Shown in pieces: positions 40,860 through 49,065 of a stretch of 64,000 nt of DNA; positions within the stretch are counted from its first letter, which is position 1; each line of letters begins with the position of its first letter. This DNA comes from Patescibacteria group bacterium UBA5738 (GTDB lineage Bacteria > Patescibacteriota > Minisyncoccia > Minisyncoccales > UBA5738). The notes under the pieces were generated by a model that was given only the letters and a program-made list of their open reading frames with translations, was not told the DNA's origin and made no database searches. Made by a program: the position numbers and the translations under genes. The stretch is from contig DIFW01000017.1 of assembly GCA_002419295.1 (NCBI GenBank), forward strand, positions 57,099-121,098, given 5' to 3'.

Positions 40860-41217
40860 ATTTTTGTGGTGGTTCAGTCGCAGTTCTTAATTATAGCCCG
40901 ACATTTTTCAAAAACAATAAACCGTAAAAATGGCAAAATTTACTCAAAAAAATTCTCCTTCTTTTTTTCAATCGCGATTCTAGACGCAATTTTCAAAATT
41001 AAGCCCAAAAAACAACAATAAGAAACAAATAGCAAAAAAGGGCAAATTTTTTGCTTGTTTAAAACTTGTGGAAAACTATGGGTAAAATGTGGATAAAAGC
41101 TAGAAATAAACGCTATTGACACAATATCATTTTTTACCAAACATTTGCAAGCGGTTGTTTTCGGCGCTTGCTTTTTTGCGTGATTAGTATACAATAATCG
41201 TGTGATAATTTAATGAT

Positions 41218-41352
41218 ATGAGCGTAACCTATCAGCCCAAAAAAAGGAAAAGAAGCAAAACGCATGGATTCCGCGAACGGTCAAAAACCGTTGGCGGACG
41301 CCGTGTTTTGAAAGCAAGACGCGCCAAAGGGCGGAAAAAGCTTTCGGTTTAA
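41218..41352 (+). CDS. rpmH: 50S ribosomal protein L34
   Basis: Hand-translated 44 aa, [44 protein letters not shown]. Too short for the ORF track. Confidence 0.85.
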   Translation: MSVTYQPKKRKRSKTHGFRERSKTVGGRRVLKARRAKGRKKLSV

Positions 41353-41358
41353 TTTTTT

Positions 41359-41706
41359 ATGTTGCCGCCGGCCAATCGTCTAAAAAAAGAAAAAGAAATA
41401 AAGCGCGCGCGGGCCGGAAAAATGATTGGAGGAAGCGGATTACTGGCGTGCCGGGCGGCGGCAAACGATTTGCCGGTTGCCCGGTTTTGTTTTATTGTGT
41501 CAAAAAAAATTTCTCCGAAAGCGACCGCGCGCAATAAAATTAAACGGCGTTTGCGCGCCGCGATCGCCGCGGCGATGCCGCGGATTGCGTCCGGATTTGA
41601 TTGTGTTTTGATCGCTCGTTTTGGCTTGGCGGCAAAAAATTATCAAGAAATTTGCGACTGCGTCAATTTGGTTCTGGCAAGGGCGGGGTTGATAAAATCA
41701 AGCTAA
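41359..41706 (+). CDS. rnpA: RNase P protein component
   Basis: 115 aa basic protein with RNR-like motif (ARNKIKRRLR). Sits in the conserved rpmH-rnpA-yidC order. Confidence 0.8.
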   Translation: MLPPANRLKKEKEIKRARAGKMIGGSGLLACRAAANDLPVARFCFIVSKKISPKATARNKIKRRLRAAIAAAMPRIASGFDCVLIARFGLAAKNYQEICDCVNLVLARAGLIKSS

Positions 41707-41724
41707 TATAAACTTTTTATCACT

Positions 41725-42429
41725 ATGAATATCTTTGATGTTTTAATCTATCATCCCCTTTTTAATATTCTTATTGTTTTATACCAATGGCTGGGAGATT
41801 TTGGATTGGCGGTAATCGCGCTCACAATACTGATTCGGTTTTTGCTTTATCCCCTGGCCGCGAACGCGGTTCGGATGCAAAAAATTACCGCGCGCATTCA
41901 GCCGCGGATGAAAGAAATTCAAGAAAAATATAAAAACGACAAAGAAAAACAAGCGTTGCTGATGATGCAATTATGGAAAGAGCACAAAATCAATCCGATG
42001 AGCAGTTTTTTTCTGTTGTTGGTGCAATTGCCGATACTCTGGGGGCTTTATTATGTTTTTTGGAACGGGATGAAAAACGGTTCGTTATCAATGTTATACG
42101 ATTTTGTTCCCAACCCGGGGGCGATTGATCCGATGTTTTTGGGCGCAGTGTCTTTATCGGAAGCGTTTCCTCCTTTTGCGATCGCGGCGGGGATTTTGCA
42201 GTTTATTCAGACCAAAATGATGGCGCCGGCGATGCCGGATAAAAATGGCGGAGAAAAAAGCCAAAGCGAGCGCTTCGCGGCAATGATGCAAACTCAAGCC
42301 CTTTATGTTTTTCCGGCCGTTACAATATTGATTTTTTGGGGATTGCCGTCTGCGCTGGGGCTTTATTGGATTGCTTCCGGCGTATTTTCTATCATTCAGC
42401 AATATTATATTTTGAAAAAAAACAGCTGA
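41725..42429 (+). CDS. yidC: Membrane protein insertase YidC (short form)
   Basis: 234 aa polytopic protein. LLYPLAANAVRMQKITARIQPRMKEIQEKYKNDKEKQ...LWKEHKINPM is the Oxa1/YidC core. Confidence 0.85.
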   Translation: MNIFDVLIYHPLFNILIVLYQWLGDFGLAVIALTILIRFLLYPLAANAVRMQKITARIQPRMKEIQEKYKNDKEKQALLMMQLWKEHKINPMSSFFLLLVQLPILWGLYYVFWNGMKNGSLSMLYDFVPNPGAIDPMFLGAVSLSEAFPPFAIAAGILQFIQTKMMAPAMPDKNGGEKSQSERFAAMMQTQALYVFPAVTILIFWGLPSALGLYWIASGVFSIIQQYYILKKNS

Positions 42430-42474
42430 TTTTGCCATAGAGGCACTAAAACAACGGGTTTAACCAAAAAAAGC

Positions 42475-42939
42475 ATGAATGAACAAAAAACCATCACCGA
42501 AAAAATCAAAAAAATCGTGCAGAGTTTGATAGAAAAAATCGATAACGCCGCCAGAATTTCCGTTTCCGACGCGAAAGACGGCGTTGTTGAGATAAATATC
42601 AATTCCGACGATGCGGAAACAATGATCGGCGCCGGCGGCGAAACCCTGCGGGCGGTCCGGCATCTCGCGCGGGTGATGGCGCGAAAAACTTTCGGGGAGC
42701 CGGTTTTTATCGAGATTGACATTAACGGGTATCTCGAAAAGAAAAAAAATTACCTGCGCCAGTTGGCGGTTTCCACCGCCGATGAAGCGGCGCTGGAAAA
42801 CAAGGAAATTTCTCTGCCGCCGATGAATTCTTATGAGCGCCGCATTGTGCATATGGCGCTGGCCGGCCGGCGCGACATTTTCACCGAAAGCCGCGGGTGC
42901 GATTCTGACCGGCGCGTGGCGATTAAGCCCGCGCGCTAG
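42475..42939 (+). CDS. Jag/KhpB-like RNA-binding protein (KH and R3H domains)
   Basis: KDGVVEININSDDAETMIGAGGETL (KH domain) and C-terminal YERRIVHMALAG (R3H domain). Downstream of yidC, as usual. Confidence 0.75.
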   Translation: MNEQKTITEKIKKIVQSLIEKIDNAARISVSDAKDGVVEININSDDAETMIGAGGETLRAVRHLARVMARKTFGEPVFIEIDINGYLEKKKNYLRQLAVSTADEAALENKEISLPPMNSYERRIVHMALAGRRDIFTESRGCDSDRRVAIKPAR

Positions 42940-43001
42940 ATTTGGCAAAAAAAACGGCGGCCCGATCAAAGGCGGCCGTTTTTTGTTTGGCGGGATGTGG
43001 A

Positions 43002-44990
43002 CTATGCGGCGGCGGTTTTCCCAACATTGATTCCGGAATCGGTTTTGAGGGGTTCGTTCGCCGCCGGAGTTTCTTTTAAAGCGTTTATCGACGCTCCGCC
43101 GCCATTATTTTTCGGCGCCGCCATCGCGCCGGATTCCGAATCGGGCTTGCGGTTGATGATCTCGGGCGGCGGCCCCGGTTTTTGCGCGACCGCGGCTTTT
43201 TTGATTTCCGCTTTTGCTTTTTTGATTTTTTCCAACTCTTCGGGATTGGTGGTGATAATTTGATCTTCAATATATGAAGCCACCACTTTCATTGCCACAT
43301 GCTTTTGCCCGGCAAAAAACAACCCTTCTCCGATTTCGGCTTCCAAAAGCAACCCCTTTTCCCTTTCGGTGAGATTAAATGTTTTTTGGACCACATCAAT
43401 GGTCGCCGGCGATTGTTTCAGCAGGATTTGTATTGAAGAGTTGGTGATGATCGGCGGTCCGTAGTTGGAACGCATAAAATCAGCCACATCTTGGGTGATG
43501 GTGGAAACTCCCAGCCAGTATTTGCGGGCCCGCTTGCACAATCCGTATAAAAACGAGGCGCCATCGTCGTTTTGCATCAATACCCACGCCTCGTCAACCA
43601 CCAAAATCCGTTTGCGCAATTTGGCGCGGACCTTGTTCCAAATATAATGCATAATGATATACATCGCCGCCGTTCGGAACTCGTTTTCCATATCGCGGAT
43701 GCCAAAAACCACCAGCGGCTTGTCCGTGGAAATGTTGGTGGGTTGGTTGAAAAATTCCGCGTATGTTCCCTGCGTAAATTTGCGAACGCGGCGCACCAAA
43801 GAGTCGGCGCCTTCCATTCCTTCCAGCACCGCTTCCAAATCCTGCATCAGCGGCACTCTCTCCGCCCACAGCCGGGGATCGGTTTCCGGGGTGATGTCTT
43901 TGGCGGCATAAACTTCGGTAAGCGCTTGATCGATGATAGCGTCTTCTTCGGAGGTTAATCCTCCCAAAAGGATTCTTACCAATCCCACGACATTAATAAT
44001 GTTGGAGCGGATTACATCGGCCGGGTTTTCGTCTTCTCTCGGCTCGGGCAAATCAAAAGCATTGATATGGTAGGGTGACGACAGCGAAACATTCAAAAAC
44101 GATCCGCCAGTCGCCTCGGCCAAAGTTTTAAATTCGTTTTCCGGGTCCACGACAATGGCATCCACCCCCATCATCATTGAGCGCAAGATTTCCAATTTGA
44201 CGGTGTAGCTTTTTCCCGATCCTGATTTCGCGAAAATGACGCTATTGGCGTTTTCCATTGAAAAGCGATCAAAAAGTATCAAGGAATTATTATGGAGATT
44301 GGTGCCATAAAGAATCCCTTCATTGGCGGAGAGATCAAACGAGACAAACGGAAAAGTGGACGACAGCGGGCTGGTATTCATCGGCGTCCATGTTTGTATT
44401 TGGTCCATGCCGTAGGGACAGGTGGAAACAAAGCCTTCTTTTTGCTGATAGAGCGACGGCTTGATGTAAATCAGTTTGGATTCAAGGATTGAGCGCAAGG
44501 TGGTTTCAATATCGCGCAATTTTTCAAAATCGTTTTCATATGCCGTCAAATAAATTCCCAGACGAAACATTCTTTCGGTGGAAGTTTGCAATTTGTCGCG
44601 CAAATCTTCCAAATCTTGATGGGCGATTTCCAGCGCTGGATCGCGCACCAGTCCTTTTTCCTGGCGATCCATGATTTCGGCTTGAACTTCGGTGAGTTTT
44701 TTGCGCAATTGTTTTAGCGTGGTGCCGGTATCAATGGGATGGATATGGAAACTTACATCCATGGGAGTGTCCAGATTGATTACCGGAGTGAACCAGCCGG
44801 AATTCAAATAGCGCGGATAGGAAAAAATAAAAAACGATTTACCGCACCGCTCCCCGATCTTGAAATGATCCGACGCCAAAACAATTGACGCCGGCGCGAC
44901 AATATCTTTGATGTTGATCGTTTTCATTTGCAATTCTTGGCCAGGCAACGCGATTTTTTTCGCTTTTTTGGGGGGAGAAAATAACGACAT
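43002..44990 (-). CDS. VirB4/TraC-family type IV secretion ATPase (body)
   Basis: 662 aa. Walker A AKSGSGKSYT, VVDPENEF...INAFDL, Walker B LVVDEAWVLM, and a TraC-like N-domain (YPRYLNSGWFTPVINL). Low-complexity K/A/P-rich tail. Confidence 0.7.
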   Translation of the reverse strand: MSLFSPPKKAKKIALPGQELQMKTINIKDIVAPASIVLASDHFKIGERCGKSFFIFSYPRYLNSGWFTPVINLDTPMDVSFHIHPIDTGTTLKQLRKKLTEVQAEIMDRQEKGLVRDPALEIAHQDLEDLRDKLQTSTERMFRLGIYLTAYENDFEKLRDIETTLRSILESKLIYIKPSLYQQKEGFVSTCPYGMDQIQTWTPMNTSPLSSTFPFVSFDLSANEGILYGTNLHNNSLILFDRFSMENANSVIFAKSGSGKSYTVKLEILRSMMMGVDAIVVDPENEFKTLAEATGGSFLNVSLSSPYHINAFDLPEPREDENPADVIRSNIINVVGLVRILLGGLTSEEDAIIDQALTEVYAAKDITPETDPRLWAERVPLMQDLEAVLEGMEGADSLVRRVRKFTQGTYAEFFNQPTNISTDKPLVVFGIRDMENEFRTAAMYIIMHYIWNKVRAKLRKRILVVDEAWVLMQNDDGASFLYGLCKRARKYWLGVSTITQDVADFMRSNYGPPIITNSSIQILLKQSPATIDVVQKTFNLTEREKGLLLEAEIGEGLFFAGQKHVAMKVVASYIEDQIITTNPEELEKIKKAKAEIKKAAVAQKPGPPPEIINRKPDSESGAMAAPKNNGGGASINALKETPAANEPLKTDSGINVGKTAAA

Positions 44991-45008
44991 GTTCCAATTT
45001 TTGGTTTT

Positions 45009-45656
45009 TTATTGAATTAATTCGGGCGGGATCTCCGGATAATAACCGCGTTCAGAGTCTTCAAGATGGTGCGAGCTCCATAAAAACTCGGCGATTTCAA
45101 GGCTGTTGAGCGGCACGCATTGCAAGCCGCAACGGCGCAATCCCAATGCCACGAACTCCATTCTTTGCGCCAGCTGGGTCTTGCTTTGGTCAAATTGTTC
45201 CTGTGCCGCTTCCGCGATTTTTTCGCGATTGACATTTTTTTCCCGTTTCGCCGCCGCCAAGCTGGGAAGCGCGATCGGCTGGAACGGCACAATCACATAA
45301 AAAGATTTGTTCATAATGGTGCCTCCCGAAACGATTTCATTAATAAAGTTGCGATATTCAACAATCTGCGTGCGCAGAAGATCGTTGCTTTGCTTGGTTT
45401 CCAAATCGCGCAACTTGTCCAAATAGCTGGTGATATTCAACTTGCGGCTTTGCACCAGAATCTGCAGGGAAAAATCAAGAGAATTCAAAAAATTTTGATA
45501 TTGGCCGATGACGGCGTTTTGTTCTTCTTCGGCCATCAGGGCGAAATTGATGGAATTAACCATAATAATCCCCCGCAACCCCTTGTTTTTCAGAACCAGG
45601 ATGCCGTCTTTGATTTGATCAATTTCCAAAAATTGTTGAGTGGATAGAATCGCCAT
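45009..45656 (-). CDS. VirB4 N-terminal domain fragment, separated from the ATPase body by one in-frame TAA
   Basis: 215 aa. IDQIKDGILVLKNKGLRGIIMVNSINFALMAEEEQ resembles Gram-positive-type VirB4 N-termini. The downstream ATG (44990) is 21 nt from the stop, in the same frame. Confidence 0.45.
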   Translation of the reverse strand: MAILSTQQFLEIDQIKDGILVLKNKGLRGIIMVNSINFALMAEEEQNAVIGQYQNFLNSLDFSLQILVQSRKLNITSYLDKLRDLETKQSNDLLRTQIVEYRNFINEIVSGGTIMNKSFYVIVPFQPIALPSLAAAKREKNVNREKIAEAAQEQFDQSKTQLAQRMEFVALGLRRCGLQCVPLNSLEIAEFLWSSHHLEDSERGYYPEIPPELIQ

Positions 45657-45668
45657 ATTTTAAATTTT

Positions 45669-46109
45669 TTACGCGGTTTCTATATAATCGCGGATGAGCC
45701 GCCAGTTGTTTTTTTTGGAAGACGCGGTAATTTTAATCATTGTCGGCGCTTTTTGGAGGGTGATTGTGCCTCGGTCAACGGCCTGCTGGTTGGGCAGAGA
45801 AAATCCTTGCCATAAAAACATTCTTGGCGATCTGGCAAAAGCGATATAGTGCTCAATCACCTTGATGATGTCGATGCCGTCAATTTTCACGAACGCCAGC
45901 GCGCCGGAGCATCCTCCAACGATGGCGATCATCGCCAGCGCCAGCGGCATGCTGGCCTTGCCGACCACAAAATAAATCACAAACGATATGGTGGTGCCGA
46001 TGCCGACAAAAATAAACTGCTTGAATGTGAGCGGCCCCACAATCTTGGACTCCATTTCAATAAATTGCGGAATGGTGAAATTCATGTTGGAATCATAATT
46101 CGCTTTCAT
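45669..46109 (-). CDS. Small two-TM membrane protein, VirB3-like (PrgI/TcpE-type) by position and topology
   Basis: Start trimmed to MKANYDSNMNFTIPQFIEME. Two adjacent hydrophobic helices. Lies directly upstream of the VirB4 genes. Confidence 0.35.
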   Translation of the reverse strand: MKANYDSNMNFTIPQFIEMESKIVGPLTFKQFIFVGIGTTISFVIYFVVGKASMPLALAMIAIVGGCSGALAFVKIDGIDIIKVIEHYIAFARSPRMFLWQGFSLPNQQAVDRGTITLQKAPTMIKITASSKKNNWRLIRDYIETA

Positions 46110-46291
46110 TATATCATCCTTCCATTTTCCCCGCAAAATTTCGCGCGTTAAAAACCGCCGCGTTTTGGCCCGAATATGGTTTTGTGAAAGCCATTTCGCG
46201 AGTGAAATATATTTGATTTCTTTTGCAATCCCCAACGAGGGGTTACGCTGTAATTTCTTGACAGATAGATTGGGTTTGATAATGTGAAAAT

Positions 46292-46633
46292 ATGAAAAGC
46301 AAAAACACATTGGAGAATGGATCGGTGCGGCATATAATTTTTAAACAGGACGGCGTTTGGTACGGCGTGGCTTTGGAATTTAATATCGTGGAAGAAGGCG
46401 ATAATCCGGTGGAAGTGATGGTGTCTTTATTTGAGGCGATACAGGGTTATGTTCAAACCGCGCAAAAATGCAAAATGAGCGCGGCGCCGTTAAACCAAAC
46501 CCCTGATAAAGAATATCAAAAACTTTGGGAGAAACTGTCCAAATCCCAAGTTGCGGGGAATAAAAACGAAAAATCATTACAGGTCTATAATTTCGGCTAT
46601 ACGCCCTTCGCTTCCTATGCCTTGTGCCATTAG
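46292..46633 (+). CDS. HicB-like (UPF0150) antitoxin-family protein
   Basis: DGVWYGVALEFNIVEEGDNPVEVMVSLFEAIQGY resembles the HicB N-domain. A TTGACA-17-TAATGT promoter lies directly upstream at 46257. Confidence 0.4.
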   Translation: MKSKNTLENGSVRHIIFKQDGVWYGVALEFNIVEEGDNPVEVMVSLFEAIQGYVQTAQKCKMSAAPLNQTPDKEYQKLWEKLSKSQVAGNKNEKSLQVYNFGYTPFASYALCH

Positions 46634-46636
46634 TTT

Positions 46637-46741
46637 ATGGCTAAAAATATTTTCAATTGGACTTTTTCGGATATAGTTGGTTTTTTGCGGGATCGCGGTT
46701 TTATTTATTCCCACGCCAGAGGCAGTCATCAGATTGGCTGA
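46637..46741 (+). pseudogene. Truncated hicA-like toxin remnant (34 codons)
   Basis: MAKNIFNWTFSDIVGFLRDRGFIYSHARGSHQIG then stop. It matches the HicA/YcfA N-terminal half through the GSH motif. No continuation in any frame. A terminator hairpin follows at 46768..46800. Confidence 0.4.
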
Positions 46742-46949
46742 AATATTAAGCCGCTTCTATTTCCAAACAAAAACCGCCGCGATTTTTGCGGCGGTATTGT
46801 TTTGGTAACCATAAATACCTCGGTCTTGGATTGATAATTGTCCGCGCATAGTTTTGATGGTTGTCAATCTTTGCAAATTGATTTTACCATTTTGTAATAT
46901 GCGGGCAATAGCTTGGGTTAAACCGGTATTCAAATTTGTGAGCAGTTAA

Positions 46950-47135
46950 AAAAGTAACCCCTCACTGGGGCTACTGCATTTTGCATTTATTCCTCCTTTG
47001 GAAAAGGAGGTGGCCCCGCTACGGCGGGGCCGGAGGATTTCTTAATTCGAATTTCAAATCCCTCCTTTTCGCTTCGCTCAAAGTGCTCCCTTTTCCAAAG
47101 GGAGAATAATACTCAGTGAGGGGTTACTTAAAAAA
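46950..47135. mobile_element. MITE-like element, 170 bp, with 14-bp perfect terminal inverted repeats and an 8-bp target-site duplication
   Basis: TIRs gtaacccctcactg (46958..46971) and cagtgaggggttac (47114..47127). Direct repeat ttaaaaaa on both flanks. Four internal 8-bp hairpins. Confidence 0.65.
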
Positions 47136-47249
47136 TCCTTGACAAATTAGCAAAAATATGATATGGGATAACCAGCTCCGCCGGGCTTCCGGCGCCTAAA
47201 ATTATTAATATGGATGCTGAAAAATAGATAGAAAAAGGAGGTTGTAAGC

Positions 47250-47621
47250 TTGGGAAGTGTTAGGCTTGGATTGTTAACGGATATTATTTTCATATCTTCT
47301 TTTCTTCCATTTGTTGTGGCATATTATCTTTCCGCAACATATCTATGGCCGATCATGGACGACCCTGTGATCAATATGGTAGAATTTTACATGGTTTGGG
47401 CGGTTGCCTTTGCTGTGTTTTGGACCATCATCAGGGTTTGGAGAAGGAAGAGGGTGGAATTAAGTGCGGTGCAAGCCGCGGAAAATAGGAAGTGGGGTGT
47501 TCCCGAGAAAGAAAAACCCAAAAAGAAGGAAAAAACCAGCACAGATTTGCTGGCAGAAGAGGTACTTAAGAAAGTTGAGGAGAGCATGGATGAAAAAGGA
47601 GAAAAAGGAGGTGAAAAATAA
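47250..47621 (+). CDS. Small two-TM membrane protein with Lys/Glu-rich tail, hypothetical (TTG start)
   Basis: Strong SD AAAGGAGG 8 nt before the TTG start. Two hydrophobic helices, then a KEKPKKKEK tail. Confidence 0.4.
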   Translation: MGSVRLGLLTDIIFISSFLPFVVAYYLSATYLWPIMDDPVINMVEFYMVWAVAFAVFWTIIRVWRRKRVELSAVQAAENRKWGVPEKEKPKKKEKTSTDLLAEEVLKKVEESMDEKGEKGGEK

Positions 47622-48895
47622 TGGCAATACCGTTGCCTGACATCCCGGGGGATATTATTTATTTGTTTTTGGGGCTTTTGGGTGTTTGTATTTTGTGTTT
47701 TTTGGTTTGGTTGGTTTGGTTCCGTATTCCAAACGATCTCCAAGGGCGGTGGTTGATCCGAATTAGCGAGGGTCAAGGTGGATGGCTACACCAAGGAGAT
47801 AACAAAATTGACCCAAAAAGAAATGATCAGGGAAATGCCGCAGGGGTAGTAACGAATGGTCCTGCGATTAAGCCAATCATTTGTTTCAAGGGGTACCATT
47901 GCGAAAAAAATGATGCTGGAGAATATATAGTTGTTCCAGATGTGGATAAAAAACAAGACAAGAAGGATTCTCCCGCGGGTTATGCACTGTTGTGGCCTAT
48001 TCTCTTTGTTTGGCACTATCTTTCTGCTTTAACAAAAAAGCTTTTCTACGGCATTTTTTGGCTTGGCCCTCTTTATGTGTATGGGGCGGGAACCAATAAA
48101 TGGGAAGAATGGGTAGAAGAGCGTGGCAAAAAGGTGCTACGGACATTTGATCGTCGTGAGTTCGGTTTTAGGCTCAAAGTTACGAACTTTGGGTTTGAGA
48201 CAGAGGCCGCTGAAGCAAAAAACAAAGTTCCTTATAAGATTAAGGGAGAAGCTTTCTGGCGTATTGAGAATATAGACAGAGCAACCAGAATGATAGATGA
48301 CAGCAACTATAAGGCGGCAGCGTTGCTGACAGGAGAAATAGTAGCATGGGTTAGCAAGGAACCAATCTATCATATTGAAAGAGATAGAAAAGGAAAGATT
48401 GTCGCCGTTGGAGCTGAGCCGTCGGAGACTTTGAAGGAGAAGCTAGTGGTGCATTTATCAAGAGAAGGAGGTGCTGTTGAAAGGATCCGAAAAGAATATG
48501 GATTCTTAATTAGCGAAATTGTTATTTTGGATATTGAGCCCATGGGTGAGTTTTCCGAGCTTTTAGCCGCTGAAGCAAAGGCTGAGCTCAAGGGGCAAGC
48601 CGATGTTAGAGCGGAAGAGTTTGAAATGGCAGTCCAAAATATTAGGAGAGAATATACTGAAGCATGGTCAGATCTTTATAGAAGAAAACCAGAAACATTT
48701 GTCCAGTTTGCGGCCAGAGGTATTGAAAAACACGGCCCTCCGAGCATTTTTGGAATTGAGGGAATGGTGAGAGGTTCGACTGCGGATGGAGACATAGGAA
48801 GGCTTTTACAACTGATTGCTCCCAAACTGTCTGCGGAAGAAATAGATAAAGTAATTCCACAAATAATGGAATTGCTCAAAAAGAAATCGAAATAA
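47621..48895 (+). CDS. Membrane-anchored protein, possibly SPFH/band-7-like
   Basis: 424 aa. N-terminal TM helix. ILDIEPMGEFSELLAAEAKAELKGQADVRAEEFE resembles the SPFH C-terminal coiled region. A/T-rich codon usage. Confidence 0.35.
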   Translation: MAIPLPDIPGDIIYLFLGLLGVCILCFLVWLVWFRIPNDLQGRWLIRISEGQGGWLHQGDNKIDPKRNDQGNAAGVVTNGPAIKPIICFKGYHCEKNDAGEYIVVPDVDKKQDKKDSPAGYALLWPILFVWHYLSALTKKLFYGIFWLGPLYVYGAGTNKWEEWVEERGKKVLRTFDRREFGFRLKVTNFGFETEAAEAKNKVPYKIKGEAFWRIENIDRATRMIDDSNYKAAALLTGEIVAWVSKEPIYHIERDRKGKIVAVGAEPSETLKEKLVVHLSREGGAVERIRKEYGFLISEIVILDIEPMGEFSELLAAEAKAELKGQADVRAEEFEMAVQNIRREYTEAWSDLYRRKPETFVQFAARGIEKHGPPSIFGIEGMVRGSTADGDIGRLLQLIAPKLSAEEIDKVIPQIMELLKKKSK

Positions 48896-48896
48896 G

Positions 48897-48938
48897 GCTA
48901 TCTGTACCAATCAGACAGCCTCTTTTTATTTACCCATT
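48897..48938 (+). terminator. Rho-independent terminator
   Basis: GGCTATCTG-taccaat-CAGACAGCC hairpin (one mismatch) followed by TCTTTTTATTT. Confidence 0.6.
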
Positions 48939-49065
48939 AAAATATTGCAACGAATCTGCCCTAAATATACTTGGTGAGCAATTAAACTTTTCTTAACGCG
49001 TAGTATTGACAAGGAGGGAAAGCCGCGACAATTTGGTTACGCAACAGCTTATTCGAATATTGGCT

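Noticed and set aside
45009-45011. TAA reassigned as a sense codon (alternative genetic code)
   Set aside because: TAA terminates many well-bounded genes here, such as rpmH. TGA also acts as a stop (the uORF, truncated hicA and full-length ORFs), so the standard code applies. The VirB4 interruption is better explained as a split gene, mutation or sequencing error.
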